Shown piece after piece: positions 47,422 through 57,238 of a DNA stretch of 64,000 nt (positions are counted from its first letter, which is position 1; each line of letters opens with the position of its first letter). The stretch lies in UHGV virus genome UHGV-0300374, one strand, 5' to 3'. Origin of the DNA: a virus. The position numbers and the translations under genes are program-made. The notes under the pieces are model-generated. The model was given only the letters and a program-made list of their open reading frames with translations. It searched no databases and had not been told where the DNA came from.

Positions 47422-49203
47422 TTAAAGCTGCTTGTCAATATTATTTCGAATATCACCAAGAGTTGTGTAGCCGAACTGCTCAGAGTCACTAAAGACTAGA
47501 CGTAAAGCACAAGCTGGGTGTTCAAGTGCATCTGCAAAGCTCTGGAACCCATAGCCATCTACAGCTTTCAGCTTATCACCATCCCACATAGGCGCTACAC
47601 CACCAAAGGCAGATTTCTTAACACCACTATCTGTTTTAGGGTCTTTTGCAAGCATAATCTCTTTACCACCAATGCTTGCAAGAGTTGCTTTGACAGCAAA
47701 TGCAAAGGTGTCACGAGTCATGTACTGGTAAGTGTAAGAGCCTACACCAAACACTACGTTAGAGCTTGCAAAACCCATTTCATACAGACGCTTCAGGATT
47801 TCGTTTGCACGTTCCAGCGTGATAGAGTCGCCATAAATAAGTCCAATATGCTCATCCAGTACTTTAAAGCCTTTAGAGTTAATAGTTCCCCCAAAGATGT
47901 TGTACAGTGTCTTAATAGCTCCATCAATCTCAGCTACAGGACGTGTTACAACGTTTGCAGAACCAACCATATAAGCATTTTTCAACATCACTGTATCAGC
48001 AACTTCAAAGTCTTCTCTGTCAACAACCATCTCGTAGCCTTCTGACAGTAGCCATCCAGCAATACCATAGTTGATGTTCTCAAGCTTCATGTTCAGAACA
48101 GCATTCAACATTGTGTCACTGGCTTCCAGCTTGCTTAGGTGCTCGTAATAAGCCTTCTTAGCACATTCTAAGTGGATTGCTTTATAACCTGTGACAATAT
48201 GTACAGGGTCTCCAGAGTCAGGACGAATTACCAGTTTGCCATCACGTTCCATAATTTCTTTACGGAGTGCTGGTAAAATTTCTGACACAGTTCTCCAGAA
48301 GTTATAAGTGTCTGAAACAACACTTGCAATACCAGTTGGGTAAGTTTCTGTTAAGAAACGACGGAAGGTTTGTAACTCACCTTTAAAGCGTCTTTCTTCT
48401 TCAATCAACTCATTACCACCTTCCCAAGCAATGTTTGCACACATTACAGAGTGTTCAGTGGCTGGTACAGAACTACCAATATCAGAGATTGGGTAAGACT
48501 GTCCATAGATGCGTTTAGCCGTGTATACAGCAGGGAAGCTATCGGTTCCTTTAAAGCTGGTTAAGTGACCTACAGCGTTAAATGCGTCATCAGTAAAGCC
48601 GGACATACCACGCATAGCAAAGTCGTGACACTGATAAGGTAAATGTAGGTCGTTGTCACAAGTAAGGTCAGCCCACTTCTTACATATACGTTTGTAGTGC
48701 AATGCAATAGTCGCAATGGTGCAAGCCTTCCAAATCTCAGCAGAGAAAGCATCTTCCAGATAACCTGCTACCCAATGGAAGCCTGAAACAGTGTTCTGGA
48801 AGACAATCATTGGGACACGCATCGGGACAACTGTACCTTCTTCTACAGCATATACTTCAACTGGTAGATAACCTAAATCGTGGAGTGCTTCCCAATGCTC
48901 TCGACCGATAGCATCTTTGCCCAGAACACCATTCATGACTTCTAAGATTTCGTCAATTGCTTCTTTTTTGTCACGTTCAAAGAACGTAGCATTCCAGTGG
49001 TCTATCAAGTAATCTTTAACAAAACGTTGAATACCAAAAGCGACTACACCATCAATTGCTAATGGACTGTTAAACCATTTGTTGCTACGTGGTGTCAGGT
49101 TGAACATCAAATATTCTGTTGCACTAGGGTACTGGTAAACATGACCAGATTTGTAAGCATCTGCGTTTAAACCTGCTGGTACTGCATAAAGTGATTTAGT
49201 CAT
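47422..49203 (-). CDS. nadV: nicotinamide phosphoribosyltransferase family protein (NadV/NAMPT-like)
   Basis: 593 aa, N-terminus MTKSLYAVPAGLNADAYKSGH and length fit the NAMPT family; recognition from memory, no search run. Confidence 0.6.
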   Translation of the reverse strand: MTKSLYAVPAGLNADAYKSGHVYQYPSATEYLMFNLTPRSNKWFNSPLAIDGVVAFGIQRFVKDYLIDHWNATFFERDKKEAIDEILEVMNGVLGKDAIGREHWEALHDLGYLPVEVYAVEEGTVVPMRVPMIVFQNTVSGFHWVAGYLEDAFSAEIWKACTIATIALHYKRICKKWADLTCDNDLHLPYQCHDFAMRGMSGFTDDAFNAVGHLTSFKGTDSFPAVYTAKRIYGQSYPISDIGSSVPATEHSVMCANIAWEGGNELIEEERRFKGELQTFRRFLTETYPTGIASVVSDTYNFWRTVSEILPALRKEIMERDGKLVIRPDSGDPVHIVTGYKAIHLECAKKAYYEHLSKLEASDTMLNAVLNMKLENINYGIAGWLLSEGYEMVVDREDFEVADTVMLKNAYMVGSANVVTRPVAEIDGAIKTLYNIFGGTINSKGFKVLDEHIGLIYGDSITLERANEILKRLYEMGFASSNVVFGVGSYTYQYMTRDTFAFAVKATLASIGGKEIMLAKDPKTDSGVKKSAFGGVAPMWDGDKLKAVDGYGFQSFADALEHPACALRLVFSDSEQFGYTTLGDIRNNIDKQL

Positions 49204-49248
49204 CTTTTAATCTCTCTCAAAATGGGGCTTTCAAGCCCCTATAAACTT

Positions 49249-50145
49249 TCAATCAAGGTTTGCTACAGTAACTTGACCATAATGTGTTAAGCCACGGTCT
49301 TTAGCTTCGCCTAAAGAGTTTGTAGTGTAAATATGGTCGATACCATTGTCAAGAAGGTTTTCAACACCTTTAGAGAAGATACCATGTGTTACATAAAGCT
49401 CAACACGTTTTGCACCTGCTTCACGAAGATGTTTAGCTGCTTCTATGAAGGTTCGACCACCATCACAGATATCATCAAGAATCATAACAGTTTTATCTGT
49501 CAAATCAACATCATCAAGGATTCGCATACCAGTAATTTCTCCAGTCTTAAGATTTCGCACCTTAGACATTGTGATATATGGTTTATCCACCTCTTTAGCA
49601 GTCTCTGCAATCTTCTTAGAAGCACCTGCATCTGGGGCTACTAAGTAATCAACCAGTGGGTCATTTGCATAGTGGACTGCAATTTCCTTTTGAGGAATAC
49701 TCTGGAAGCAGTTAAACAGGTTATCTGGTGCATAACTGTGAGGGTCAACTGCACAGACTGCACCAAACCCCATTGCATTGACCTGTTTAGCAAAAACCTT
49801 TAAAGCTGCTGCATCACCTTTAAACATGTGACGGTCGTATCGTGCATTTGGCAAGTAGTAAAAAATGACAGTCTTCAGGGCATAATCATGAGGAACTAAA
49901 TCGTCAATTGCTTCTTTAGCCAGTGCCACAGCAAACAGTGTGTCTTTGTCATAACCCTTTACAATCATAACCACATTGTTAATAGATGATGCTGCATAAG
50001 CAGTAAAATCAACAAGCTCTTGTGAAAAGTGGCCACCAATCTCACCAGAAGGGAATTGGATGATGTTAAACTCTTCTTCATGAGTTCCTTTAGTCGGTGA
50101 ATGAATTGTGACACGGATAGATGTTTTCATAGTTTCCTCTCTCAA
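49249..50145 (-). CDS. ribose-phosphate pyrophosphokinase family protein (Prs-like)
   Basis: PRTase signature VMILDDICDGGRT and Prs-like architecture; adjacent to nadV-like gene. Confidence 0.55.
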   Translation of the reverse strand: MREETMKTSIRVTIHSPTKGTHEEEFNIIQFPSGEIGGHFSQELVDFTAYAASSINNVVMIVKGYDKDTLFAVALAKEAIDDLVPHDYALKTVIFYYLPNARYDRHMFKGDAAALKVFAKQVNAMGFGAVCAVDPHSYAPDNLFNCFQSIPQKEIAVHYANDPLVDYLVAPDAGASKKIAETAKEVDKPYITMSKVRNLKTGEITGMRILDDVDLTDKTVMILDDICDGGRTFIEAAKHLREAGAKRVELYVTHGIFSKGVENLLDNGIDHIYTTNSLGEAKDRGLTHYGQVTVANLD

Positions 50146-50420
50146 TCAAAAGTTACGTTTGTTACTGCCATTGCAGATTTGCATTTTACAGGGTCTACAA
50201 CGTGGTAAAGTACACTACAGTTACCTGTGCTGTCTGGTACAGGCTTTACCCATTGCTGCTTTATAGTTGGCTCTCCTAAGTCTTTGTAAGAACCATCTGT
50301 AAAGTTGTTTACCATCTCAAGTGCAATTGGTTCTGGAACATGACCACGTATCATGTACATCTCACAACCATTACCTCCTTCACTGACTAATGGTAAAATC
50401 TCCCACTTTTCTTTAGCCAT
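50142..50420 (-). CDS. hypothetical protein
   Basis: ORF track, 92 aa. Confidence 0.4.
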   Translation of the reverse strand: MAKEKWEILPLVSEGGNGCEMYMIRGHVPEPIALEMVNNFTDGSYKDLGEPTIKQQWVKPVPDSTGNCSVLYHVVDPVKCKSAMAVTNVTFD

Positions 50421-50928
50421 TATAAGTTGCCCTATAAACTGTCTCGAACTTCAACAGGAGAGATATTGCCAAATCTGTATAGTTGTTGTCAAGCACATCT
50501 GGCATATTATTTTTGATATATTTCTCTTGCTCTTCATAGGTCATCTTAGGGATGCTTAGAAGGATATCTCCTTGCTTCTGGTTATCAGCTTTAGTTTGGA
50601 TAAACCAGTTCGCACAGTGATGTTCACCACCTTTTGTAACAGGCTTGTGGTGGCCTAGTGTAAATGTTTGCTTACCCGTATACCTGCAAAGATTGTTCAG
50701 TGTTGCAATGGTGTTCTTCACAACACACCATTCATACAGGTTATCTATTGTGTAGTATGGGTAATAACGGACAAGTGCTCTTTCACGGAAGTTATCATGA
50801 TTCCAAAGAACCATGTGATTAGAATTTGAAGGGTCATATTTGTGGGAGTCTATAAACTCTTGACGCTCATCAAAGCTGAGTCTTAGAACTGACATTGCAA
50901 CCGAACGTTTCAGGTTTGACAGGTACAT
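50413..50928 (-). mobile_element. HNH endonuclease gene (homing-endonuclease-like)
   Basis: Motif LGHHKPVTKGGEHHCANW (HH...N...H with Cys). Confidence 0.5.
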
Positions 50929-50947
50929 TTTACCTCCAAAATAAAAA

Positions 50948-50966
50948 GGGAACCTTTACAGTTCCC
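50948..50966 (-). terminator. terminator-like hairpin
   Basis: gggaac-ctttacag-ttccc with A-run on plus side. Confidence 0.4.
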
Positions 50967-50979
50967 CTATAGTATCTGT

Positions 50980-51300
50980 TTACTGAGCTACTTTCAAGAT
51001 GCTTGTGAATGAAATCTCACTCTCATCCATAAACTCTTTTGCTTCTCCAGTAACTTTCACAAAGTTATCTAGGCAGATAATCTTCTTATCTTTCTTGCTG
51101 TAGGTTAGCTTAACCTTTTCAATATCTTTCTTAGAGCTTTTCTCTTCATTAAAGAGCTTCACAGCTTCTTTAAATGGTAGGTATGAACCATCATCGTCGC
51201 TAATAAAACCTGTGCCGCAATAGTAGAAGTTATATTCTTTAGCCATAAACTGGCACAGTACGAAAATCTGTAATTTGCGAGTGTTATAAACTTTGCTCAT
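50980..51300 (-). CDS. hypothetical protein
   Basis: ORF track, 106 aa. Confidence 0.4.
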   Translation of the reverse strand: MSKVYNTRKLQIFVLCQFMAKEYNFYYCGTGFISDDDGSYLPFKEAVKLFNEEKSSKKDIEKVKLTYSKKDKKIICLDNFVKVTGEAKEFMDESEISFTSILKVAQ

Positions 51301-51302
51301 GA

Positions 51303-51560
51303 TTATTTAGCCTTCTTATTACGTTTACGGTTACGAGCTTTCTTAGCTGCTCGTTTAATAGCTGCTGCACCAGACGGACGGTGGGCTTGTTTCTTACCAC
51401 CTTTACCACGGCCTACATAGATACTTTTCATAATCTCATTAGCCAGCTTCTCATCCATCTTGAAGTTCTGCATAAGGTGAGTCACATCAACACCAGTGAG
51501 CATACCTAATGAAGCTAGTGCGGCTTTTACTTTTGATTTAAAACTATTCCAGAGTCCCAT
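51303..51560 (-). CDS. hypothetical protein with highly basic C-terminal tail
   Basis: ORF track, 85 aa; C-terminus AAKKARNRKRNKKAK. Confidence 0.4.
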   Translation of the reverse strand: MGLWNSFKSKVKAALASLGMLTGVDVTHLMQNFKMDEKLANEIMKSIYVGRGKGGKKQAHRPSGAAAIKRAAKKARNRKRNKKAK

Positions 51561-51684
51561 TTCATATCTCTCTCAATCTTTTCACAAAATGTTTTAAGTT
51601 CTTTTTCAGTGACACAAACGGTTAAGTTTGTTCTGTAGAACATTGTAAAGTGCCCTTTACCAATAACCTACTTTACGACGAGAC

Positions 51685-52170
51685 TTACTCGGCTCTCCAT
51701 TGACAATCGCCTTGCCACCCATACTCTTTTCTCCAGAGGTTTTGGTTATCAGAACCACGATATGGTTTAACTGTTGGTTTAGATGAATCATACTTACCAT
51801 CAATCACCACGTCAACATATTTCATTACATCTAGGTGAATTTTTTCGTGTAACTGAAAACCTGTCCAGAGCCAGATAGATTTTTCTGGGTAAACGGTTTT
51901 AATACGTTTGCATATGTTGGTAACCTCTTGAATGTTTCTATCATCCAGAGGTTCTCCACCAAGTATTGACAGCCCACTGATGGCATTATCATCCATTAAC
52001 TTAATGATGCCATAAAGGTTTGCATAAGTGAACTCTTTACCAGCATTAAACTTCCAAGATTCCTTATTAAAGCAACCTTCACAGTGATGCTTACAACCAG
52101 CTACGAAGAGGCTTACACGAACCCCTTCACCATTAGCTGTGTCAAATGGTCGAATCTCCATGTAATTCAT
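51685..52170 (-). CDS. nrdG: anaerobic ribonucleotide reductase activating protein (radical SAM)
   Basis: CKHHCEGC (Cx3Cx2C) cluster near N-terminus; 161 aa; adjacent to nrdD. Confidence 0.7.
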   Translation of the reverse strand: MNYMEIRPFDTANGEGVRVSLFVAGCKHHCEGCFNKESWKFNAGKEFTYANLYGIIKLMDDNAISGLSILGGEPLDDRNIQEVTNICKRIKTVYPEKSIWLWTGFQLHEKIHLDVMKYVDVVIDGKYDSSKPTVKPYRGSDNQNLWRKEYGWQGDCQWRAE

Positions 52171-52179
52171 CTAGTTACC

Positions 52180-52479
52180 TCACCAATACATATAAGTGTT
52201 CTTAGCGGATTTCTTTGGAGACTTGCTATCAATATCAAAATCTTCATCTAAGAAGGATGTCTTAGAAAGCTGCCTTATTTGTGTTCTTGTAAGACGTTTA
52301 GTGGCCTTCTTAATCTCTCTACAAGGCTGGCTTGTGAAGTCGTAAGAGCCACCTTTTCTGGACATCATATCAGAATGGAAGTAGACATCTGAAGCATTTT
52401 CTCTGTTACGTACCTCATTTCTCCACTCATAGAGTCCATGAACGTTCTTTAAACCTTTTCTTCGAATTGTTTTACTCAT
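52180..52479 (-). CDS. hypothetical protein
   Basis: ORF track, 99 aa. Confidence 0.35.
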   Translation of the reverse strand: MSKTIRRKGLKNVHGLYEWRNEVRNRENASDVYFHSDMMSRKGGSYDFTSQPCREIKKATKRLTRTQIRQLSKTSFLDEDFDIDSKSPKKSAKNTYMYW

Positions 52480-52871
52480 TCAAACACCACCTGACAAGGA
52501 ACCTGTTTAGTAATAAATTCTTCACAGTGCTCTTTAATGAAGTTTTGTAATGGTACACAATCTTGTGCGCAAGTCATTAACATAATGTACTCTGGATTCA
52601 TGATGTTTTCAAGACTGTAGAAGACAACATCATCAGATAGTTCGTGACCATCTTCTTCAGACCAAGTTCCAGTGACTACAGCTAATTTGTCAAGCAATTC
52701 ATTAGGCAATGCTACACCATCTTCTACAGAATCACTTAGAACATTGTCGCCGATATACAATGTGAAGACCGTGTGGAATGTTGAGTATCTTACGTGATTC
52801 TTTTCACAAGAGCCACACTCTGAGGCATAATCTTTAATCCACTCTAACTGTTTTTGGCTCAACTTAATCAT
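52476..52871 (-). CDS. hypothetical protein
   Basis: ORF track, 131 aa. Confidence 0.4.
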   Translation of the reverse strand: MIKLSQKQLEWIKDYASECGSCEKNHVRYSTFHTVFTLYIGDNVLSDSVEDGVALPNELLDKLAVVTGTWSEEDGHELSDDVVFYSLENIMNPEYIMLMTCAQDCVPLQNFIKEHCEEFITKQVPCQVVFE

Positions 52872-53068
52872 AATTTCACCTTAGTTGGTAATGCACTGAA
52901 TGCTATGACTAACCCTAAAAATGGTTTGAAGCATGACCATAAATCCATCTGACCATGATATGAGAAACTCCATTGTGGGTCTGAAAAACCCCATACCATA
53001 ACACTAACCCCAAAGAAGAAGACTAGAATATGGAGTATGTATATCAACGCTTTTGATATCTTAAACAT
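52868..53068 (-). CDS. hypothetical small membrane protein
   Basis: ORF track, 66 aa; hydrophobic ALIYILHILVFFFGVSVMVWGF. Confidence 0.35.
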   Translation of the reverse strand: MFKISKALIYILHILVFFFGVSVMVWGFSDPQWSFSYHGQMDLWSCFKPFLGLVIAFSALPTKVKL

Positions 53069-53221
53069 TTTAACTTACCTTTCAATTCACAATAAGAGAG
53101 TCCTAAAAAGAACCCTAGTAAGACAGAACCTATGAACAACCCAATAATACTCTCTGCCATATCTAACATCCAATAAAAAGGTGATGTAAGCCTATCAAGA
53201 CTCACACCACCATGTCAAGTT

Positions 53222-55366
53222 TTACATAGAAACTCTGTCACGAATCTCAGCGATTTTTGCATCGTTCATTCGGGATTCACCTTTAATCTTAGTCCATCCA
53301 AGATACCCACACACCCTGTTAATCACAGAGATATCATGTGAGTGACAAACTTCACATTCTTCAACATCAGCCTTTGGCCTGTTACCACAATGTTCACAGA
53401 TTGCTAAGTCAAAGTTAAGTCCCTGATAGAAACCTTTCAACATTCCTCTTGTAATACAGCTCTTAAGTGCTGATAAGTTTTCTGGGTTAGCTACTCTTAC
53501 ATACTGGATTCTACCGCCTCTACAGATATGGAAGAATGGCTCTTCTAAGTCCTGCTTCTCAAATGGTGAGATGTCTGCTGCAACATTCATATGGAAACTG
53601 TTTGTAAAGTATTCCTTATCGGAAACACCTTTGATAACCCCAAACATATCTCTGAACTGTTTTAGCTGAGTCCCACATAGTGATTCTGCTGGAGTACCAT
53701 AGACGGCATATAAGAAGCCATCTTCATTTTTAAACTCTTCGGTTTTCATGTTAATGTATGCCAGAACATCATATGCAAAACTATAGCTTCCAACTTCATG
53801 AAGTCGTTTACCTTCAGCAAGAACAGACAACTCATCAAGCGCAGTAACACCAAAAGAAGCTGTGAAGGACTTCACAATATCCCAACCAACCTTGTCAGTA
53901 GGTTTCTTAGTTCCTTTGTACAGACCACCTTGTGTGAACGCAAGAGGGTTAGAACTTGCTGGCATATTAGCAATCATTTCGTAGCGTTTCTTGTGGAAGT
54001 TGCGAATCATCTCTAGGTACTTATCAAGCTCTTTCCAGAAATCTAAACCATTCTCTTTAGAATACTGGTAAATCATTGGTAAGTTCAAAGATACAGCACC
54101 AATATTAGCACGACCAACGTAGAACTCTTCTCCATTCTCGTTAAGATATGGGGATAAGAAAGCTCTGCAACCCATCGGTGAAATTACCTTGCCAGAACGC
54201 TCAAAAGCTTCTGCTACAGCACCATGACCAGATACACTTAAGAAATCTGGATACATCGCTTTAGAGCAACACTCAATAGCTTTGCTGTACAGTTGGCCTT
54301 GACAGATATTCTCATCGTGTCTCTTCTGGTCATGAATATAAACCAGTTTAGGGAATACAACAGGCTTCTTACTCTTACCTTGTCCATTCATGCGAACATC
54401 AAGAATGGTGTTTGCAATCATGTATTGCAGTCGGTTGTCTTCATTAGACATATCTGAGTCAAGTAATCCAAATGTCAAAGTTGTAAATGCAAAATCACCA
54501 CGGCTACAAGGTACAGTATTTAGTTTCATTTCGAGTGACTGGAAACCCTGAGTTAATTCAAGCTGTAGCTGCTCCATGACATAATTGTGGTAATGTTCTT
54601 TAGGAATACCATAAGATGCTGCTTTCTCAGCATGATAGCGTAGAGACTTCTTAGCATACGGCACAAGTACCTTATCAATCTCTGCTAAAGTAAAACCACC
54701 AAATTGCTGTGCAGTTGCTGAAAGAACTACGTCACCAATAACCTGTAAGGCCGACAGCACAGACTTCGGTTCACAATATTCGATGCCAGACATTTCAAAG
54801 CCACCTTTCAGGACTTTACCAATGTCAAACAGGCAACAGTTGATACCACCAAAAATTAGGTCTCTTAAATCATGGATATAGATAAACCCTTTTTCAATGG
54901 CTTCAAGTTCCTCTGGTGTTAAATGGTACTGTTTAAAGATTTCTTTAGTCAGATAACCACGAATAATTGAACCTTTTGTAGAAATTAAACTGCTGTCAAA
55001 GTTAGCATTCTCTCTGTCACCTAAGAAGAGTGTATCTCTGGTCTTCTGGTAGAGTTCATCCCAATTTTGAGCAACTTCTTTACGGTAATTTCTATATGTT
55101 GAGTAAGACTCATAGATTTCGTGATTGACTTCTGCCAAAGCACCCTCAACAATACTGTGAATATCATTTACCGAAATTAGCAAATTATTCTGCTTAGTGG
55201 ACTTTACCAGAATCCTCATAAATGCTGACTCAAGAGCTTGAGTAACATCTGGTGGAAGCTCTTTATAACCAACTCTGTTAGCTGACTTTGTGACTGCTGC
55301 TAAAACTTTTTTGATATCAGGTTCTTCAAGTGAGCCATTCTTTTTAATAATCTGTACTTTGTTCAT
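53222..55366 (-). CDS. nrdD: anaerobic ribonucleoside-triphosphate reductase (class III)
   Basis: C-terminal glycyl-radical motif NRVCGYLGW preceded by Cys cluster CEHCG...CEVC; 714 aa. Confidence 0.75.
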   Translation of the reverse strand: MNKVQIIKKNGSLEEPDIKKVLAAVTKSANRVGYKELPPDVTQALESAFMRILVKSTKQNNLLISVNDIHSIVEGALAEVNHEIYESYSTYRNYRKEVAQNWDELYQKTRDTLFLGDRENANFDSSLISTKGSIIRGYLTKEIFKQYHLTPEELEAIEKGFIYIHDLRDLIFGGINCCLFDIGKVLKGGFEMSGIEYCEPKSVLSALQVIGDVVLSATAQQFGGFTLAEIDKVLVPYAKKSLRYHAEKAASYGIPKEHYHNYVMEQLQLELTQGFQSLEMKLNTVPCSRGDFAFTTLTFGLLDSDMSNEDNRLQYMIANTILDVRMNGQGKSKKPVVFPKLVYIHDQKRHDENICQGQLYSKAIECCSKAMYPDFLSVSGHGAVAEAFERSGKVISPMGCRAFLSPYLNENGEEFYVGRANIGAVSLNLPMIYQYSKENGLDFWKELDKYLEMIRNFHKKRYEMIANMPASSNPLAFTQGGLYKGTKKPTDKVGWDIVKSFTASFGVTALDELSVLAEGKRLHEVGSYSFAYDVLAYINMKTEEFKNEDGFLYAVYGTPAESLCGTQLKQFRDMFGVIKGVSDKEYFTNSFHMNVAADISPFEKQDLEEPFFHICRGGRIQYVRVANPENLSALKSCITRGMLKGFYQGLNFDLAICEHCGNRPKADVEECEVCHSHDISVINRVCGYLGWTKIKGESRMNDAKIAEIRDRVSM

Positions 55367-55384
55367 TATTGCCCCTTTACATGC

Positions 55385-55406
55385 TAAAAAGGTCTCCGAA
55401 GAGACC
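55385..55406 (-). terminator. intrinsic terminator-like hairpin
   Basis: ggtctc-cgaa-gagacc hairpin with flanking A/T runs. Confidence 0.45.
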
Positions 55407-55414
55407 CTTTCATT

Positions 55415-55621
55415 TTAAATCTTTTTAGAAAACTTTGAAACGAGTTTTCTTAGTTTTTCAGTGATGCCTAGCTGTATCTCTAATATTTCAAAGATAACCC
55501 ATAGTAACATGGCTCCAAACAATGAACCTTGTTCAAAATCAGTAAATAGGTTAACAACAAGCATACCAATCACAATAGCTGGTGCATCAACAACCAAACC
55601 TTCCCAAAGGCGTTTAAGCAT
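55415..55621 (-). CDS. hypothetical small membrane protein
   Basis: ORF track, 68 aa, two hydrophobic segments. Confidence 0.35.
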   Translation of the reverse strand: MLKRLWEGLVVDAPAIVIGMLVVNLFTDFEQGSLFGAMLLWVIFEILEIQLGITEKLRKLVSKFSKKI

Positions 55622-55856
55622 TATTCACCTCTGCCATAAAATTCTGTAGCGTTCCAACAGGTTTTAGGTTTTGACCGTCAGTTTTCATGATGAATGGCAT
55701 CTGACGAACTGGCATCTGTGCAATATCCATCAGGTCTGGCAGTTCATAATCCTGCCCTAACATTCTCACAACATGGTCAATACCACGAGCTTTCGCAAAA
55801 TTCTTTGCAGTCTCACACTGAGGGCATCCAGTTTTGGAGTAAATTACATAAGTCAT
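55614..55856 (-). CDS. nrdH: glutaredoxin-like protein (NrdH/Grx)
   Basis: CPQC active site in MTYVIYSKTGCPQCETAK; 80 aa; next to nrdB. Confidence 0.65.
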   Translation of the reverse strand: MTYVIYSKTGCPQCETAKNFAKARGIDHVVRMLGQDYELPDLMDIAQMPVRQMPFIMKTDGQNLKPVGTLQNFMAEVNNA

Positions 55857-56929
55857 TAAGGAACCTCTAAAAATCCACTATTCAAATCATCTACAACAGT
55901 ATTCAATAAATACGCACCGTTCTGTTGCTCCTGATTAGCATTCTGCTCTTTATCAATTTCCATCTTCTTAATCATATACTTCAAAGGTGGTTCTTTAGGA
56001 GCTACAAAATCTCTGGGAATGCCAAACATATCATACAGTGGGGCAGCATTATAGTAAACCCACTCATGAAGAAGCTTTGTATTTAACCCAACTACAGCAC
56101 GTCCTTCGGAGAAGATATAATACGACCATTTCTCTTCACTTTCAACTACTTCATCTAAGATTACTTTAATCTCTGGAAGAATTTGTTGGAAAGCTTTTTG
56201 CCACTCATCATCTCTTAAAGTTTCTTTTAAAACTTCAATATCAATTTTAGTGTGAAGGATTTCGTCAAGCATAATTTTCTGGACAGCTTGAGCAATACCC
56301 TGAAATTTATCTTGAGCATCAAGTGCAAAAGTACATGCAAAGGATGCCATAAAAGATATACCTTCAAGTGCAGTCACTGCAAACAACCCTTTTAGAATCA
56401 CTTTATGGAAGTGTAAAGGGTCTTTGTCCAGAAGTGAGTCACGCACATAACTCAGACGATAGTTTATACCTTCATCCAGTAATTCTTCAAGAACACGATT
56501 CACAGTTTTTAATCGGTCTTGCACAGCAACATTCTGGTTAATCTCATCTAAGATTGTTTCAGGGTTTTTAATACATTGTCTTACAATCTCTGAGTAAGTA
56601 AGAGCATGTAGGTTTTCAATCTCAGATTGCTTCATAATTGCAGTTGCATAGATGTCATCAGAGATAAAGGGTGCAAAGGCAAATGCCAAGCTCTTAGCAA
56701 CTTGAGTGTCTGCTTCCCATTGCCACTTAAGAATCTCAAGCATTACACCTGACATTGATGCTGGGACACTCTCAAAATCAAGACGTGATTGTTCAAAAGG
56801 GAACTCATCTTCTGACCAGTCTTGTGCTTTTTGTTGTTTATAAAGTTCAAAGATTTTTGGGTAGTGCTTATTGAGTGAGTCAAAAGTTTTTCTCTCACCA
56901 CCTAAAAAGATTGGGTGCTGGTTAATCAT
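55856..56929 (-). CDS. nrdB: ribonucleotide reductase class Ia beta subunit
   Basis: Start at ATG 56929 (MINQHPIF...) forming ATGA overlap with upstream stop; di-iron-site-like EILH segment; adjacent to nrdA. Confidence 0.65.
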   Translation of the reverse strand: MINQHPIFLGGERKTFDSLNKHYPKIFELYKQQKAQDWSEDEFPFEQSRLDFESVPASMSGVMLEILKWQWEADTQVAKSLAFAFAPFISDDIYATAIMKQSEIENLHALTYSEIVRQCIKNPETILDEINQNVAVQDRLKTVNRVLEELLDEGINYRLSYVRDSLLDKDPLHFHKVILKGLFAVTALEGISFMASFACTFALDAQDKFQGIAQAVQKIMLDEILHTKIDIEVLKETLRDDEWQKAFQQILPEIKVILDEVVESEEKWSYYIFSEGRAVVGLNTKLLHEWVYYNAAPLYDMFGIPRDFVAPKEPPLKYMIKKMEIDKEQNANQEQQNGAYLLNTVVDDLNSGFLEVP

Positions 56930-57183
56930 AGCGTGATTTCTCCTTTCTTTATCATTTCTAAGGCTTGTTTTCTGTCTAAAACTTCCCAATTCTCTTTGTT
57001 AAACATCTCATAAGGTCTTGCGTAGATTTTACCATCTGATGTAGAGATGTAAGAGGCTCCAGTGACCCATAAGTCATCATTCTGCTTTATCATGATACCT
57101 GTGCTGCTCACATAGTATAATGTTTTGCGGGGTTTGTAGAGCAAGTATATTGGTCGCTCATGTTTTTCTATTAAATCTTTCAT
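56926..57183 (-). CDS. hypothetical small protein between nrdA and nrdB
   Basis: Start at ATG 57183 (MKDLIEKHERP) with GGAGAG RBS; ORF-track start 57267 would overlap nrdA. Confidence 0.4.
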   Translation of the reverse strand: MKDLIEKHERPIYLLYKPRKTLYYVSSTGIMIKQNDDLWVTGASYISTSDGKIYARPYEMFNKENWEVLDRKQALEMIKKGEITL

Positions 57184-57238
57184 GGTCTCTCCAAAGTTAT
57201 TTTTAGAGGGTCTTTTACGACCCTCATAGTTATTAAAA

